Assembly: GCA_951406725.2 (NCBI GenBank)
Contig: OX597823.1
Location: forward strand, 44,826,001 to 44,890,000
Source: Octopus vulgaris
Taxonomy: Eukaryota
Direction of reading: 5' to 3'
Length of the DNA stretch: 64,000 nucleotides
Shown here: positions 1 to 14,248 of the stretch, one piece after another
Layout: the number at the start of each line of letters is the position of its first letter
Numbering within the stretch: position 1 is the first letter of the stretch
Notes under the pieces: generated by a model
What the model was told of the DNA's origin: nothing
The model's database searches: none
What the model saw: only the letters and a program-made list of their open reading frames with translations
Position numbers and translations under genes: made by a program

Positions 1-603
1 GGAGAATGTATTGACTTCCAACTAACAAAACTGTTGTTCTCTGAGATAGAATTACAATGCAGCTTCATGATTTGAAAATTAATTAAAAACCCTAAACATG
101 CTATACTCAAGTGTATAGGGTCTCATTTGCTAAGTCTCTTGTCTGAACTAACATGTTACTTTACAGACTGGACATCAAGTAGTATGACTTGAGGAGAAAT
201 CCTTTCATAGTAACCATATGAATGAAAGATTTCACATTTCAAGAACAAGATGAAGTTTAAAAATATCCTCTTTAGCTTCTGGAATTCAATAAAAAGCAAA
301 TGCCCAGTTTCCAGAGAGAGCAATAGCTATTTTGCTCCAATGCTCTGAGAACACAGTGCCTCAACCTGAAGAAATTATACAAACAAAAAGAAAGCAAAAA
401 TTGGTATCCAAGATGACATGGGTGTGTTTGCTAAAACATCCAACCTAAGATTGACAGAATTTGGCAAAAATACTAGCAAGAATTTTTTTCCTATCTCAAT
501 TTGTTTAAATTTATCATGCTCAACAGTCATAACTGTATAAATATAAGTTAATTGCAGAAAAAGATCAACAATTTTTTTTATTTTGCATATACTTTCATTG
601 CAA

Positions 604-730
604 TAGAAATGAAGCACTATGGAATTTGGCAGGGATGGGCTGGCTACAAATGAGGTGCCATGGAATTTGGCAGGGATGGGCTAGAAATGAGGTACCATGG
701 AATTTGGCAGGGATGGGCTAGAAATGAGGT
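604..730. repeat. 37-bp minisatellite, ~3.3 copies
   Basis: Unit TAGAAATGAGGTACCATGGAATTTGGCAGGGATGGGC. Confidence 0.85.
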
Positions 731-1200
731 GTTGCAGTACATTAGATACATAATTGTGTCATGAAACAATAAAATTGAGAATTATAAATGGGATAAATTT
801 TGCTGACCAGTTAAAGTTTAGTTATCAAGTATATAGTGCTTTTTATGTGACACCATTACAGAGCTTTTTACATGGCATCATCACCAGTGCTTTGCATGTA
901 CCAATGCAAACATGACATGTTACAGCAAAGGTCACTTACTGACAAAAAGCAACAAACAATAAAAATGATGTCAACAAGGGCTCTGGATGAAGCTGGATTG
1001 TCATCATCTTGAAGACTTCAAAATAGAAAAAGTAGGCAAAAATAAATTACCTAGAGTCAAAAACACATCACTGAGCAGGTAATGTGAAGAAGAAGGAGAC
1101 CACAATAAAATTCTCAAAACACATTAAGCAATATGAGTGAATTACAGGTTATAGCACTTGCCAAGTTATATATATAGATTGCTTTCAGCTACACCACCAC

Positions 1201-1241
<41 letters not shown>

Positions 1242-3699
1242 AGAAAAACAATAAGTTTTAAATCACTGAGTGAGAAATAAGTAGTAACAGTACAACAGAG
1301 TGAAGTCTATTTGCCAACGTAAAGTGGCAGTCCTGATTAGAATGATGTTACTACCTTTTTTAGCCCCAGGAAAAAGACTTTTCTCTCTCTCATATATATA
1401 TATCTCACTCAGTACCAAGTTCAAACCAGCTACAATAGATCAGCATGTGGTTCAAGTGACTCACTTTGCATCTGCTTATAAGCATAGTTGTGGCTGGTTT
1501 GGTTAAGAAGCTTGATTTCCAACCATGTGGTTTGGGGTTCTGTCCCACTGCACAGCACTCAGTTAATGCTCCAGGATGATCAAAGTCTTGCGAGTGGATT
1601 TAATAGACAAAAACTGCAGGCAGTCCATTGTGTGTGCATTCCCTTGTCATGATAGCGTGACGGTTGTAAAAAAAGGAAACCACCATTATACGAGTAGTAT
1701 TGTTTATTCCCTATCTCCTGTAAAAAACATGTCTGACCATGAGAAATATTACCTTGCTTGGAAACCAGTAAGGGAATCTGACCAAGAGGCAGTCTGCCTG
1801 ACCTGGGCTATGCACTTTTGTAATTCAGGAAAAGAATTAACTAGTTAATATTATATAGGAACTGTTACAAATTTAGAATGACAGAATCTTGTGCAAAGTC
1901 AGATCAATGGTTTTCACCATACAATTGGCTAGAAATAAATTAGAATTAAACTCCCCCACCCCTGCTGATAACCTTACATTGCAGACTGTCCTATCCAGTA
2001 AATAACACAAGCTGGATTATAAGAGACAAATTAAAATGAAATATATGTAAATCTATGCCTATATTGCTTCTTTCTTTTACCACATCTGCAGACGTGTATA
2101 CACGCTCACCGCATAACCACACAAGCTAACAAGGGAGTCTTTACATAATTGCTCAACCTAGAAATAGCAACCAAACATCCATCATATGATACACTGCTAT
2201 CTTAAAAGAGATGATCATGGTTGGATTGTCTTTGGTTGCTCAATCAGAGGTGACATGTAGCTAAACAACAATAACATCTCTGGAATCAGATTATTATCTA
2301 AATTCATCGAGGTCAACCAGTACATTTTATTTCTTTTGCCCAATAAATAAGATAATACAGTTCATCAGATTAACCATTTAGCAGCAATTAAAATGCAAAA
2401 TGACACTTAAATCTTGCACCAATGGTGAGATTTTGGTTGAGATTTGAATTAGTATACAGACACTAATTTAAACAGTTGATGATGTGTGAAAAGAGGTAGT
2501 TTAATATTTGATAAGAGAATTATACAATTCCATTTCATACTACATAAAAGCACTTTGTAAAAATTTGGTATTCCTATTCCTTTGTGATTAAAGTTAGTGG
2601 TTGAGGGAAATGGGTCCAGGAAAAGAAATAATATGCAGATGAATAAATAATAGCTGGATTATTGACCAAATGGTAATAATTTCAATCGTTAACACTTTGC
2701 TTATCTTAGCCTGTTACACAATAAACTGAAAACTCATTTCATAATTGAATGGTTAATAGTAACAATTAGCATTCAGCCTTGCTAGATTCATCTTAGCAAC
2801 ACTAACAAAGATATAAAATATAGTATGAACAGAAGATGAAAAGAATTTCCCTTGACCTAGTTCTTTAACCCAGTTGGGTGTGTGTTTTAAGGAGTCAACT
2901 TCACAACCATATGGTTTCAGGTCAATTTCCAATGCATGGCCCCCAGGGAAAGTGTTTCGTACTATAGCTCAGAGCCAACTAAAGCCTTGTGAGTGGATTT
3001 AATAGACATAAACTGAAAGAAGCTCATTGTTTGTGTGTTTTGCATTTCCTTGTCTTTATATCGTGTGATAGTTGTAAATAAATGTCACTGACATACATGG
3101 TGTTGCTTATTTCCAACCTTCCATGAAAATATGTCTCTGACTGGGAAATATTACCTTGCTTGGAAAAAGGTGAAGGTCAACAATAGGAAGGGAACTGGGG
3201 TGTTAAAAATCTAGCACTACAAACTATCCAATCCCATGCAAGCATGGGAAAGTTGATGTTAAAATGATGACAAAACTAGAGGAGAAATTTAAATGCATCT
3301 CTGCAGTTTACGAGCAGATCCCTATCCTCCTTTCTCTGTCTTAATCCGGACAAGAATGCCTTAACTACCATTAGTTTATCTTAATACCTTGGTAGTTATC
3401 AACTACACGAAGACTATCAATTCCCAAGTATGCCATCCTTACCCAGTATTATGAAGGCTGTCCCAATTCTCAAGTAGCTGACCTACCTATTACCATGGTG
3501 ACAACCTCATTAATACCAATTATCTATGACATACAAAATTTTAATCATCAATCATAGATTACAAGGCTTACCTAACACAGTAATACTTCTTCCTCTTATG
3601 TCATGGAAAAATGAAGCTTCACAGTTGTGGTGAAGGCAACCCATGGTAAGAATTCTATATGGTGCACCCAGTCTAAACTATGCACAAGAGGTGCAACAA

Positions 3700-4270
3700 G
3701 ATCACAAGAAGCAAGAAAAGAGGAACTTCATATGTAGCAGTTGAGACACTAGCATAATTAGTATTAAGTGCATTCCAGAAAAGAATTCTTTTAAAAACTC
3801 AAAACCATAGCAGCCAGAGTAAGTATGGGAAAGTGGATGTTCAGGAAGAAATTTCCTCTGTTGCAACATAGGCGTTCTCTTCATGAGTGAAGAGCAGCTT
3901 GTATGTTGATTGTGCATAATGCACAGTGCTGCATGGTAACAATCAGGGGTACTGAATGCAGAGAATGTGTGAGTGTGCTGTACTGCAAGTGCAATGTTAA
4001 TGTGTGTGGAGAACAGAGCACAAATGGATTGAGAGAAAAACTGCATCTAAGAGGATGCAAGAAAGGAGAGTCTGCTGATATGGGCAGTGAATCACATGGA
4101 GGCTGACAGATGAAAATATCAAACAACCAAAATGAAGGAAATTGCAGCAGAAGATATAAGAAGAAGCTGTCTCAAAAAGAAGTTGACAAAAGATTGTAAC
4201 AAATGGCAAGATGCTAATGTTGGAGAAGACTCATCCAACTCATGAATGTAAAATAATGATGATGATGATC
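3700..4270 (+). mobile_element. Degenerate RTE LINE 3' end
   Basis: LREKLHLRG-like remnant, CATCCAACTCATG 3' motif and (GAT)n tail. Boundaries approximate. Confidence 0.5.
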
Positions 4271-7088
4271 ACGGTAATAATGATGATGACTTGAATGGCT
4301 AGTCGTTCCTATACTGCAATACATTACTATAACCCTTTAGCATTATTCACATTGTTTTAAATTAATCATGCATTATCTTGCAGTTGAGATTTTCATGATG
4401 TGATTGCTTATTTTTAGAAGGACATTGTAAGGTAGTTGTGAGAGGCTGCATCTGGCTGGTTTGAAAACTAAAAGGTTAATATTGGTGGAATGGTCCATTT
4501 TGAGAGTTAAATATCTTGACCAGAGATGAGATTTGAACCACCAACCTCTCGACTAGTTGTCTAAAAACCATACTCTTAACTCATAATCATACTCTTAACT
4601 TAATATTAGCAACTAAACCGTTGATACTCTTGTAAAGTAATTTATAAAATCATCCCAAAAGGAGAGTCATATTATGAAAATTATTGTTCAATGTCTGAAT
4701 TCATAGTAGAATTCAGGACAGTTTTAATGAGGATGACTTCTCACATATACAACTAAGACAATTAATACTTGTTTCTAAATTGTTTTAATTATCACGCACA
4801 CAAAAAAAAAAACATGCGCACACACACACGCATTTTATAAACAATAAAAATAGCAATGCCTTCAGTGCAAAGTAAAAGTTGTTTTTAAAATCATGAAGGT
4901 CATATGGCTATCATTAAATATGAGGAATGTTCCAGAATACATTCAGGAAAAATAGCTGTAATACGAGTTCAAACCACTGGTGTTGGCTTATGACCGGCAA
5001 TGTGACATTACCCTAGCAGTAAAATAGGGACCATTTTTATTTTATAGCTTTAGTAGATTGAAATATAATGCCCTACTTAGTTCTTTTATTAATATCCACA
5101 TTAAAATAAAGCTTAAAAATACCCCACTAATCTTTTAAATATGGAAAATTGAATGTTAAGCAACAAGCAAAAAATTATAAAGGCTTTTTATACACACATA
5201 AATATATACATGTTAACATTGGACAGTGAGAATGAGTGCTTAACACTGCATTGTTGGATAAATACTCTTTATTTGTGGGTTAACAAGGCTATTGATGGTT
5301 TCATGGCAAGAGATCTTTGCAATTGTTTAAGTGTGCTACATGGAAGTGTTGGTACTTGTCTCCATTTTGGATGGGGGGGGGGGAATCAAAATTTTGACAT
5401 CCACTTTTCCATGCATGCATAGGTTGGACAGAATTTGTTGAGGTGGATTTTTTTGTTTTTGTTTTACGGCCAAACATCCTTCCAACCAATTACCAAGTAA
5501 GGTAATATTTCCCCTGACCAGATAGATATATTTTCACAGAATACTGGAAACAAAGGATACTGGTTGCATTATGGTGACACTCATTTACAAATATTATGTG
5601 ATGTCAAGGCTAGAAGACAGTAACACACACACACACACACACAACAGGCTTCTTTCAGTTTCTATCTACCAAATCTATTCACAAGCTTTTTGTCAGTCTA
5701 GGGTTGCAATAGAAGACACTTGCCTGAGGTACCATACACTGGGACTAAATTGTCATAGGGAAGCAAACATTTTACTACATAGTCATGTCAGCACACACAC
5801 ACACAATATAAGGTATAAATTAAAAATGCAAAACATCTTTTTTTGCTAAAAAGTCAGTCAGAATGAATACATACTTCACATAAAATACTAATGGGGTGAA
5901 AAAAAAAAAAAAAACATCCTTTCATTTCTATAATGAGTGAATCATACATTTTTATATTCCACTTTCTAAAATAGAAAAAAACAACAAACAACAAAAAAAT
6001 GGCTGCTTGTCTAAGTGTGAGACATCATCAGCATTACAATCATCATCATCATCATTTTATATATGTTAATGGGAGAAATCTACAAAGCTAGGAGAAAGAC
6101 TGATCCAGAAGAAATACCTCTCCATTACCATTCTACTAAAGCAGATGGAAAATTGAGTGTAAAGAGTAAAATAACTAAACTAATTGCTCCAGAGTAGCTA
6201 GATTAGTGCCAAAACTGACTTTTTTTCATTCTTCTTGCTCTTTACTGGCTATGAATGAATCAATCACTGTATATTGAGCCAATAGTTGCTTAACCTGCTT
6301 GAAATAGCAGCCAAATCTCCCTCAAATCATCACTCATTACTAAATTAGAGAAGGACATTAAAATAACAAAATAATTACAATTGGAATGCCTTTGTCCATA
6401 AGTCTGATCATGGACTGAGATAGAGCTGTTCAAAAACAAGAACCACTGATTATTATTAGCATTTTTTGTTATATAATAGACAGAAGCAGAAGATGTTAAG
6501 TCAGAATATTGATTACTTCAAAATATATCCAGATCTCTACCAACTGTACCAATATTTTTGAGAGTAACAATACTATGAGACCATTCCTACTGCAGCCATC
6601 ACAAAAGAAGAACATTTGTCATACTTATAACATAACTCAAGAGCAAAAGTTATATAATCAGCAACTGAATAGAGAATATATTGTTGTTCTTGACCAGTCA
6701 TGGACAAACCGCAGCCCTTGAGTCTTTCTGAAAGGTACACTAACAAAAAATTACCTTGAATTTTAGTAGTAAGGTATGACTGATAATAAACAATGTCTCA
6801 TGTGAAAAAGGGTTGCCTATACCTGCTCTAAACAATGAGGTAGAGCATAAGAAGGCTATTCAAGAAGAGACTCAAACCTATAGCATTTAAACCAGCCATA
6901 ATATTATACCCCAGTTTTATGTTCAAACTGGCCCGATCTGGCTCCTCACACCAACCCTACAATATCATTCTAAAAATTAGCAGTTACCTAATAAAAATCT
7001 CAACCCAAAAAGATAATGTATGATTAATTCAAAACAATGTGAATAAATAAGCAATACATTTGATTGAATAATCTGAAAATAAAGAGTT

Positions 7089-7310
7089 CATCATCATCAT
7101 TTAATGTCTGTTTTCCATGCTGGCATGGGTTGGACAGCTTGACAAGAACTGGTATGGCCAGGGACTACATCAGGTTCCATAGTCTGTTTTGGTTTGGTTT
7201 CTATGGCTGGATGCCTTTCCTAACACCAACCACTTTATAGAGTGTAATGGGTGCTTTGCTTTTTTTTGTGGCACCATCACCAGTGTTTTTTAAGTGACAC
7301 TAGCACCCAC
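7089..7310 (-). mobile_element. RTE-tail SINE family, representative copy
   Basis: (CAT)n-TTTAATGTC..TTCCATGCTGGCATGGGTTGGA...GGATGCC motif recurs at ~15600, 17660, 22210(+), 25183, 28930, 31375, 37155(+), 60160, 60470(+), 63800. Confidence 0.75.
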
Positions 7311-8512
7311 ATTAAATGACACTTTAGGTTTAGGATCTCAATTTTGTTATGGTGGGCTGGTCCCCCAAATACAGCAACGCACCACATATCTTGGTCTCTG
7401 TCAGCAATGCACTGATCCCTTCTATAATGTATTTGCTCAAGTAAAACTGTCTAAGGTGATTCATAAGATCATCAGACAACACAGAAGACAAGCACAACAG
7501 TAAAACCAACAACATTTTCAGAAATGTATAAACAGTAATAGCAACATGCTCACTTTCTGCAGTAAGTCAACACAGTTTGGAATCTAATGAGAATACTAGA
7601 TTCATCAGTTAAGTGACAGGAGTTGATAAATGTACTTTTTTCTACTTACAACAACAGAAAAAGACAGCATGTCTAATTTGATGAAATTGACACTTTAGAT
7701 CTTGAAAAAAAAGATATATCTAAGAAAATACTAGCATATGCTTCACTTATGAAAATTTGCATAAATTGTTTCACCTTCTAATTTTCCACATGACTGTCTC
7801 TTCAAATACCTTGGAAATCATTCAACAAGTAGCAAAGTACATATGCTTTAACTCTTTAATATTCAAATTACTGTCAAATGTAATGCTTGTTTATTCATAT
7901 TGTTTTGAATTAATCATGCATTATCCCATAGCTTTGAAATTATGATGAAGTATTTGTTTAGTCTTAGAATGACATTGTTAGGTAGGTGTGGGAGTTTGGG
8001 TGTGGCTGGCTTGAACATAAAACAGCTATAATATTTAGGCTGGATATAGCCAGTTTAAATGCTAAAGGGTAAACATGGTTTAAATGCTAAAGAGTAAACA
8101 TGGTTTAGTATTTTAGGTTAAGATAAAATAACTACTGTTTCTATATTGTAGGTACTCATAAAGCTGGTAATTATTTCTATATATTTTTGCATGATTGATA
8201 CATCTTTCTCTAGAAAGGCATTCAGTCTATCATGACTAACATCTCTCAACAATATTCCTATTCTTTAAGTCAATTCAAATGACTGCTGAGGCATGTAAAA
8301 GCAATTTTCTCAGAGAAATGACAAAGCATCCTTAGATGTAAATTTAAAAGCAACATTACTAATACATAGTCTTTAACTTAGGTTATTTGCACTCAATTCT
8401 AACTCTCAAGAAGTTCCTGCACTCATACCTGTCTAACAGCAGCAGCTATAAAAGCAGAACCAACAAAGAAGCCTCTACCTGGTCATATGATCTACAAGAA
8501 ATAGCAGCCAAA

Positions 8513-8742
8513 AGTGACAAGCTGGCAGAAACGTTAGCATGCCAGGCAAAATGCTTAGCAGTATTTCGTTGGCCGCTATGTTCTGAGTTCAAATTCCGCC
8601 ATGGTCAACTTAGCCTTTCATCCTTTCGGGGTCGATTAAATAAGTACCAGTTACGCACTGGGGTCGATATAATCGACTTAATCCATTTGTCTGTCCTTGT
8701 TTGTCTTCTCTGTGTGTAGCCCCTTGTAGGCAGTAAAGTAAT
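8513..8742 (+). mobile_element. Deu/Nin-type SINE inserted into an older repeat
   Basis: Same family; 17-bp TSD AAGAAATAGCAGCCAAA (8496, 8743). Confidence 0.85.
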
Positions 8743-9129
8743 AAGAAATAGCAGCCAAACCGCCCCTTTAATAGCACCCCACTGGAATAAAAAGGCAAGG
8801 ACACAGAGGATAATGTAGCTTTAGAAATACAATATTAATGTCTTAGAATAAAACAGGATAGTCATGACTAGAGTACCCTTGATCATAGCTTTGTTCATTT
8901 GGGTTGACCTGGAACCAAACAACGATGAAAACAATGACAATTACAATGAAAACAATGAAAGCAGTTGCTTTTCTTAAATATTCAAATTAATTTCTCAAAT
9001 ATTCTATTCAAACAGCAGCATTGCATAAATATCTATAAATACAAATAGCTAAGTTGCTATGGATATGATATAATAAGCTATAAGCCTCACAATATGCCAC
9101 AACAATGTTATTGTTATTTTGTCAGTTAC

Positions 9130-9165
9130 CTCTAAGACAGGATCCAACTCTACCAAGATGTTTAC
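9130..9165 (-). CDS. Candidate 36-nt WDR47 microexon (or recursive splice site)
   Basis: Minus strand: long T-rich tract, ttaaacag|GTAAAC...TTAGAG|gtaact. Open in phase 0 (VNILVELDPVLE) and phase 1 (GKHLGRVGSCLR). No homology support. Confidence 0.4.
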
Positions 9166-10838
9166 CTGTTTAACAAAAATGAAAATAAAAAAATGAAAGA
9201 AATTTAATTGTTTCTAATAGAGGCACATGGTCTGAATATTCTTTTGTGGGGGGCGGGTATCTTGTTGATTAAATCAACCTCAGTACATGACTGGAACTTT
9301 ATGTTATCGACCCCAAAAGGCTGAAAGGAAAAGTTGATTTTGGTAGAATTTGAATTAAAAATGTAAAGTTCCTAAAGAAATGCCACTAAGCATTTTGTCC
9401 ACATTGCAAAAGCTTCAGCCAATAAGTCTTCAACCATTAGTAGGATTCCAGTAGAAAAGCTGTACCACAAAATCTATCACATCTACTTCAAGTCATATGA
9501 TTTTCAGGAAAATTTCCTCTGAATAGTGATACCATAAATTTCAGCAACACAATGGAGCTGACTCACATACTTTCTCCACCACTCTTTCCAAAAATAAAGG
9601 GACAACATAATAGGAGATGCCCTAATTTTAACTAAGCCCATAACAGCAAAGTAAAAAGTGTGGTATTCTTGCAGTGTAATTTTATTTTTCAATAACTGGA
9701 AAGTGAATCAAACAGAATAGGCCTTTTGTTAGAAGTTTGTGGGGTTAACACCTACATTCTTTATTCTTAACCCTTTCGGTACATACTTGGCAGATTTGGT
9801 GATACTAAGTCACCAAAGTGTTCATTTTTAGATTAAAACATTCCCCTCACAATTTTCTTCTGAATACCAGCTTGATATACAAATATACAAACAAATAAAA
9901 ATGTTACATGTAATTTCCAAAACAGATAATTTAGAGGAGTTAAGCAAATTAATTGAAACATAGGCAGTGTAATTCTGGTAGAAATATGGCCACACAAGAG
10001 TTAGATTGAAAACCCCACAGGCATGAAAAGTGACTTGAATTTTATTTGTAATTTCATGCTGAGGTTTCCATATTATTATCAGCAGAATGATTCTCAACAC
10101 ACATATGTGCATTGTTGAAGAAATGCCCAACATCACCAACTTTTGTTTTTAAAGCTAGACATTCTTCCTAAATATAATCAATCATAAAGTGAAACTAACA
10201 CAGTAACATGTCTGTGCTAAATTAAGAGAAGTGAAAAATAGTACCAGTATAAACACTATAACCATTCATTACATTCAAATCCATTATGATCATTTCACTA
10301 ATTAACAATGAAGCGAGAGAGCTGTGGCACATATAAGCAGAGTAATTGTAACTTACTCCACATGTTTAACAGTATGACTGTTGAATAAGTTTAACTCATG
10401 ACATTGTGTCAAAGAAATTCTTAGCTTCACAGCCATTGTGCTTCTCTTAAGATTTTAAAGGCTTTACCAATTACAGAGTTGAAGGATAATGAAATAAATA
10501 AATCTACATTATATTTAGTCTTCTTAATATTTAATTAGGTCCCCCCACCCATCAGTAAAGTAATAGGGTCCAGATGTGCCAGGATTTTGTTGCTAGATTT
10601 TGTTTGTTATATACGATATATGTATACATGTACTAGGCATAATGCTCTACCAGCTTTAGACACCACTGAACCATGAATGCCATTCACAGAGTTTATTTTG
10701 TTGCAGGCATTCAGACCAGAACTTCTGGTTCCAACTTTGTCCAGATTTTTCCTGAAGACATAGACCAGATGTCCTGGCAGCTAGGTACCAGTCACATCAA
10801 TGTTACCAGTACAGAAAAGCTTTCAACATGTCATAATA

Positions 10839-11066
10839 CAGTAATCCCTCGACTATTGCAGGTGTTACATTCTGACCCCCCGCCAAACCCCGTGATATGT
10901 GAAAACCCACAAAGTAGAAACAGTACTGTACTGTATGTTTTTTTTAATCATTTTTATAAGTTCTATATATTTATTTCATAATAAATACAAAATACCACAG
11001 AGGAATGGACATAAGCTTAAATAATAAACTGTGACAGGTGAACCGTGACATGGTGAGGGATTACTG
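10839..11066. mobile_element. Tigger/pogo-like MITE
   Basis: TIRs CAGTAATCCCTC...GAGGGATTACTG, 5' TA flank, ~230 bp, non-coding. Confidence 0.75.
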
Positions 11067-11122
11067 TGCACAGTTAATTTAAAAATAAAAAAAAAAATAG
11101 CAATTTTTTCTTTGTGTATCAA

Positions 11123-12364
11123 TCAGAACATCCCATTAGTTCCGTCTGATTTTACCTTTTTTAAAATTGAATGAAATTTAAAAGTATTTTAGAATGTCTA
11201 ATGGAATTAAATATTATTTTTATGCATTTGTGTACATTTAAACTAATTAAATATTGTTTTACAGAATAATAGAATTAAAATTTCTTTGATTAAAACACTT
11301 TCTAACATGGAAGTATCCAAAGAGCATTTGAGGCACATAATGCTTTATGAGTACAAAAAAATAAACTCTGCAGCTGAAGTGACTCGAAACACACACTCAG
11401 TTTATGAGAAAGAATGCTTGAATGAAAGAACTTGCAGAAGATGGTTTGCAAAATTCAGAAGTGGAGATTTCAGCCTTGAAGATAAAGACCCAGTTGAGTT
11501 TGATGATAAACTCCTTGAGGCATTACTTGAAGAAAATCCTGCATTATCAGTTGAAGAATTGGCAATAAAGCTTAGTTCAAATCATACAACTGTTCATCAT
11601 CATCTTCAACAACTTGGAAAAGTTCCTAAACTTGGAAAATGGGTGCCTCATGAATTGTCCAAAAGCAACCACAAATCCCGAGTTGACATCTGATCTCTCC
11701 ATTCTCGTGACTGGTGACAAAAACTGGATCTTCTAGTGGAATGTTAAACGTTGTAAACAGTGTCTTGGTAAAAGGGAAAAAGCTTAACCACAACCAAGAA
11801 GGGAACTTCATGGAAAGAAAGGTTCTTTTCTCTATCTGGTTGGATTGCGAAGGAGTAATTCACTTTTAATTGTTACCACCTAATGCAACAATCAATGCTC
11901 AAGTCTACTGTCAACAATTAGAGCATTTGAACCAAGCTTTGAAGGGAAAAGACCCCACTTTAGTGAATTGAAAAGGAATGATGTTTCATCAGGACAATGC
12001 GTGACCCCACACTGCAAAGATCACATCACAGAAGATCAAAGAGCTTGGTTAGCAAAAAATTCCTCATCCACCTGATTCTCCCGACCTTGCTACTTCAGAC
12101 TACCATTTGTTTTGTAGTTTACAAAATCATTTGGCTGACATGACTTTCGCAAGCCAGGAGGAGGTCGAAACTGACATTTCAGAGTTCTTTGCTTTGAAAC
12201 CAAAAGAGTTTTACATTGATGGGATTAAAAACCTTGTAAATAGATGGAAGGAAGTCATAGATAATCAGAGAAAGTACATAGATGATTAAATTTCAATTAA
12301 ATATAACATTTGATCACTTGTTTTCTTTATCTAAAATTCGGACAGAACTTATGGGATGACCTGA
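11123..12364 (+). mobile_element. Mariner transposon, near full length, transposase pseudogenised (ATG 11307 to 12289)
   Basis: ~30-bp TIRs (TCAGGTCATCCCATAAGTTCTGTCCG-like) with 3' TA. Motifs WFAKFRSGDFSLED, WVPHEL, VTGD, FHQDNA*PH, SPDLATSDYHLF; stops and frameshifts. Confidence 0.93.
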
Positions 12365-12986
12365 TACGTAAAAAAATGTTCAACCAACTAATCTGATTGG
12401 AGTCATCTCTCTTGCTTTTAAATTTTAAACATCACCTTCGGCAGTGTTTACCTAATTGGTTAGACAATTGTCATTATCAAAATTTTGGAATTCACTTTAC
12501 ATGCACACGTGTTTGTGTTGTCACATAGGTAGTCTATATGGAGAAAAGAAAAGATGCAAGAGGGAGAGAAAGAAGCAATGAAACTAATTTCTAAAAGTCA
12601 GAACTAAAAATGTGCATAGAAGTTATATTATACTATATTTATCTCCTTATAGAAGCACGAGAGAAACATTTCTATACATTTATACATGTTTTTGTATTGC
12701 TTATTTGCATTGCACTGCAATTTTACTTGAAAGCTTAACTGGTTCCTCCATTTGACTACATAGCTCAAACAGCTACCACATACTGCCAGGGTATATTAAA
12801 TATGAAGATGGCTTGCATTCCAATGCCTAAGGTGATAAATATTTGGACTAGTTAGCAGTGCAAGCCATATTTATTATAGCAGTGACACTAACCCCAGGGG
12901 AGCCTATACATCGTTGCCTAAACTGCTATACTACCATTAATACACACAAATAAATAAATAAATAAAATTATGGATAATAAAATATA

Positions 12987-13352
12987 GGCGCAGGAGTGGC
13001 TGTGTGGTAAGTAGCTTGCTAACCAACCACATGGTTCCGGGTTCAGTCCCACTGCGTGGCATTTTGGGCAAGTGTCTTCTGCTATAGCCCCGGGCCGACC
13101 AAAGCCTTGTGAGTGGATTTCGTAGATGGAAACTGAAAGAAGCCTGTCGTATATATGTATATATATGTATATGTGTGTGTGTTTGTGTGTCTGTGTTTGT
13201 CCCCCTAGCATTGCTTGACAACCGATGCTGGTGTGTTTACGTCCCCGTCACTTAGCGGTTCGGCAAAAAGAGACCGATAGAATAAGTACTAAAAGGTGGT
13301 GCTCGAGCATGGCCGCAGTCAAATGACCGAAACAAGTAAAAGAGAGTAAAGA
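12987..13352 (+). mobile_element. tRNA-derived CORE-type SINE (octopus OR-like)
   Basis: GGCGCAGGAGTGGCTGTGTGGTAAG head, GGTTCAGTCCC B box, TTGGGCAAGTG CORE motif, internal microsatellite. Other copies at ~1490, 2875, 5640(-), 19190, 24960, 28580(-). Confidence 0.85.
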
Positions 13353-14078
13353 GATACATAAGATAATATCTTCAATACACTATGCCTAAAATTTACCATG
13401 TTTATTCTAGTTTTGGAATGGGCTTACTAGCATACTGTAAGAATCCCCAAACCATAAAATGATGGTTGAGAAAACTGCACGAATCATACTAGTATGGGAA
13501 ATGCAGATGTAAAATGTCGAGGAAAATATACTGCATCTGAAATTAAGACATGATAATAATGGCTGGAATACCTTTGACCCATATGTCTGTTTGATAAGGA
13601 ATGACCTGAGCAAACGAGAACAGAGTGTGGCTATCAGTAACATGGATAAAGTCAACAAGAAGACATCAATATCAATGGAAAAACATATCTGATTTAAAGG
13701 CTGATGTTCCCTACTGATGTCTGTAATACATTTGTCTTAGTCAACATGCCATCTGTTCTGGAATATCTAAACTAAAATCCACACTCTTTGACATTCCTTG
13801 ATATGCTTCTGTCTCATGTACCCTAAACAATATGAACTCAAATTCTTCAACCAGTAAGCACTTCTTTTTAAAATTCCATAGCCATATCAGGTGGGGATCA
13901 TGATGTCTTTGAAGATATCTTTCTTCAGCTCTCTAATTAGTACACTAAGTTTTTCATGCACAAAAATTTATATCTGAAATTTCAACTTCTGGTGTAATTA
14001 ATTATAAGCTTATGATTAGATGTAAATCTCCCCTTTTTAATTGCTTAGACCAATAATTGCAATGAATGTCCTATACAT

Positions 14079-14129
<51 letters not shown>

Positions 14130-14132
14130 GGG

Positions 14133-14248
14133 TGACAGTGCTAAGCAGTGATGTGTATAAATACAAACTTGTTACCAGTTCAGATATGCATGACAGTGCT
14201 AAGCAGTGATGTGTATAAATACAAACTTGTTACCAGTTCAGATATGCA
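14133..14248. repeat. Perfect 58-bp tandem duplication
   Basis: TGACAGTGCTAAGCAG...CAGATATGCA twice. Confidence 0.9.

Noticed and set aside
604-730. CRISPR-like appearance (also 44980-45049)
   Set aside because: No unique spacers, no cas genes, eukaryotic context; simple tandem repeats.
3903-4106. Cys-rich zinc-finger-like ORF
   Set aside because: Lies in a decayed RTE 3' region; the Cys codons come from TG-rich sequence.
10357-10436. ATG-initiated short frame ending at gtaagt (similar at ~23481-23515)
   Set aside because: Phase 2, incompatible with the candidate downstream exon; expected by chance.
12918-13221. ORFs such as KCHAVGLNPEPCGW, and similar at 8387, 23907, 24794, 51888, 57845, 59577
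   Set aside because: Translations of SINE copies.
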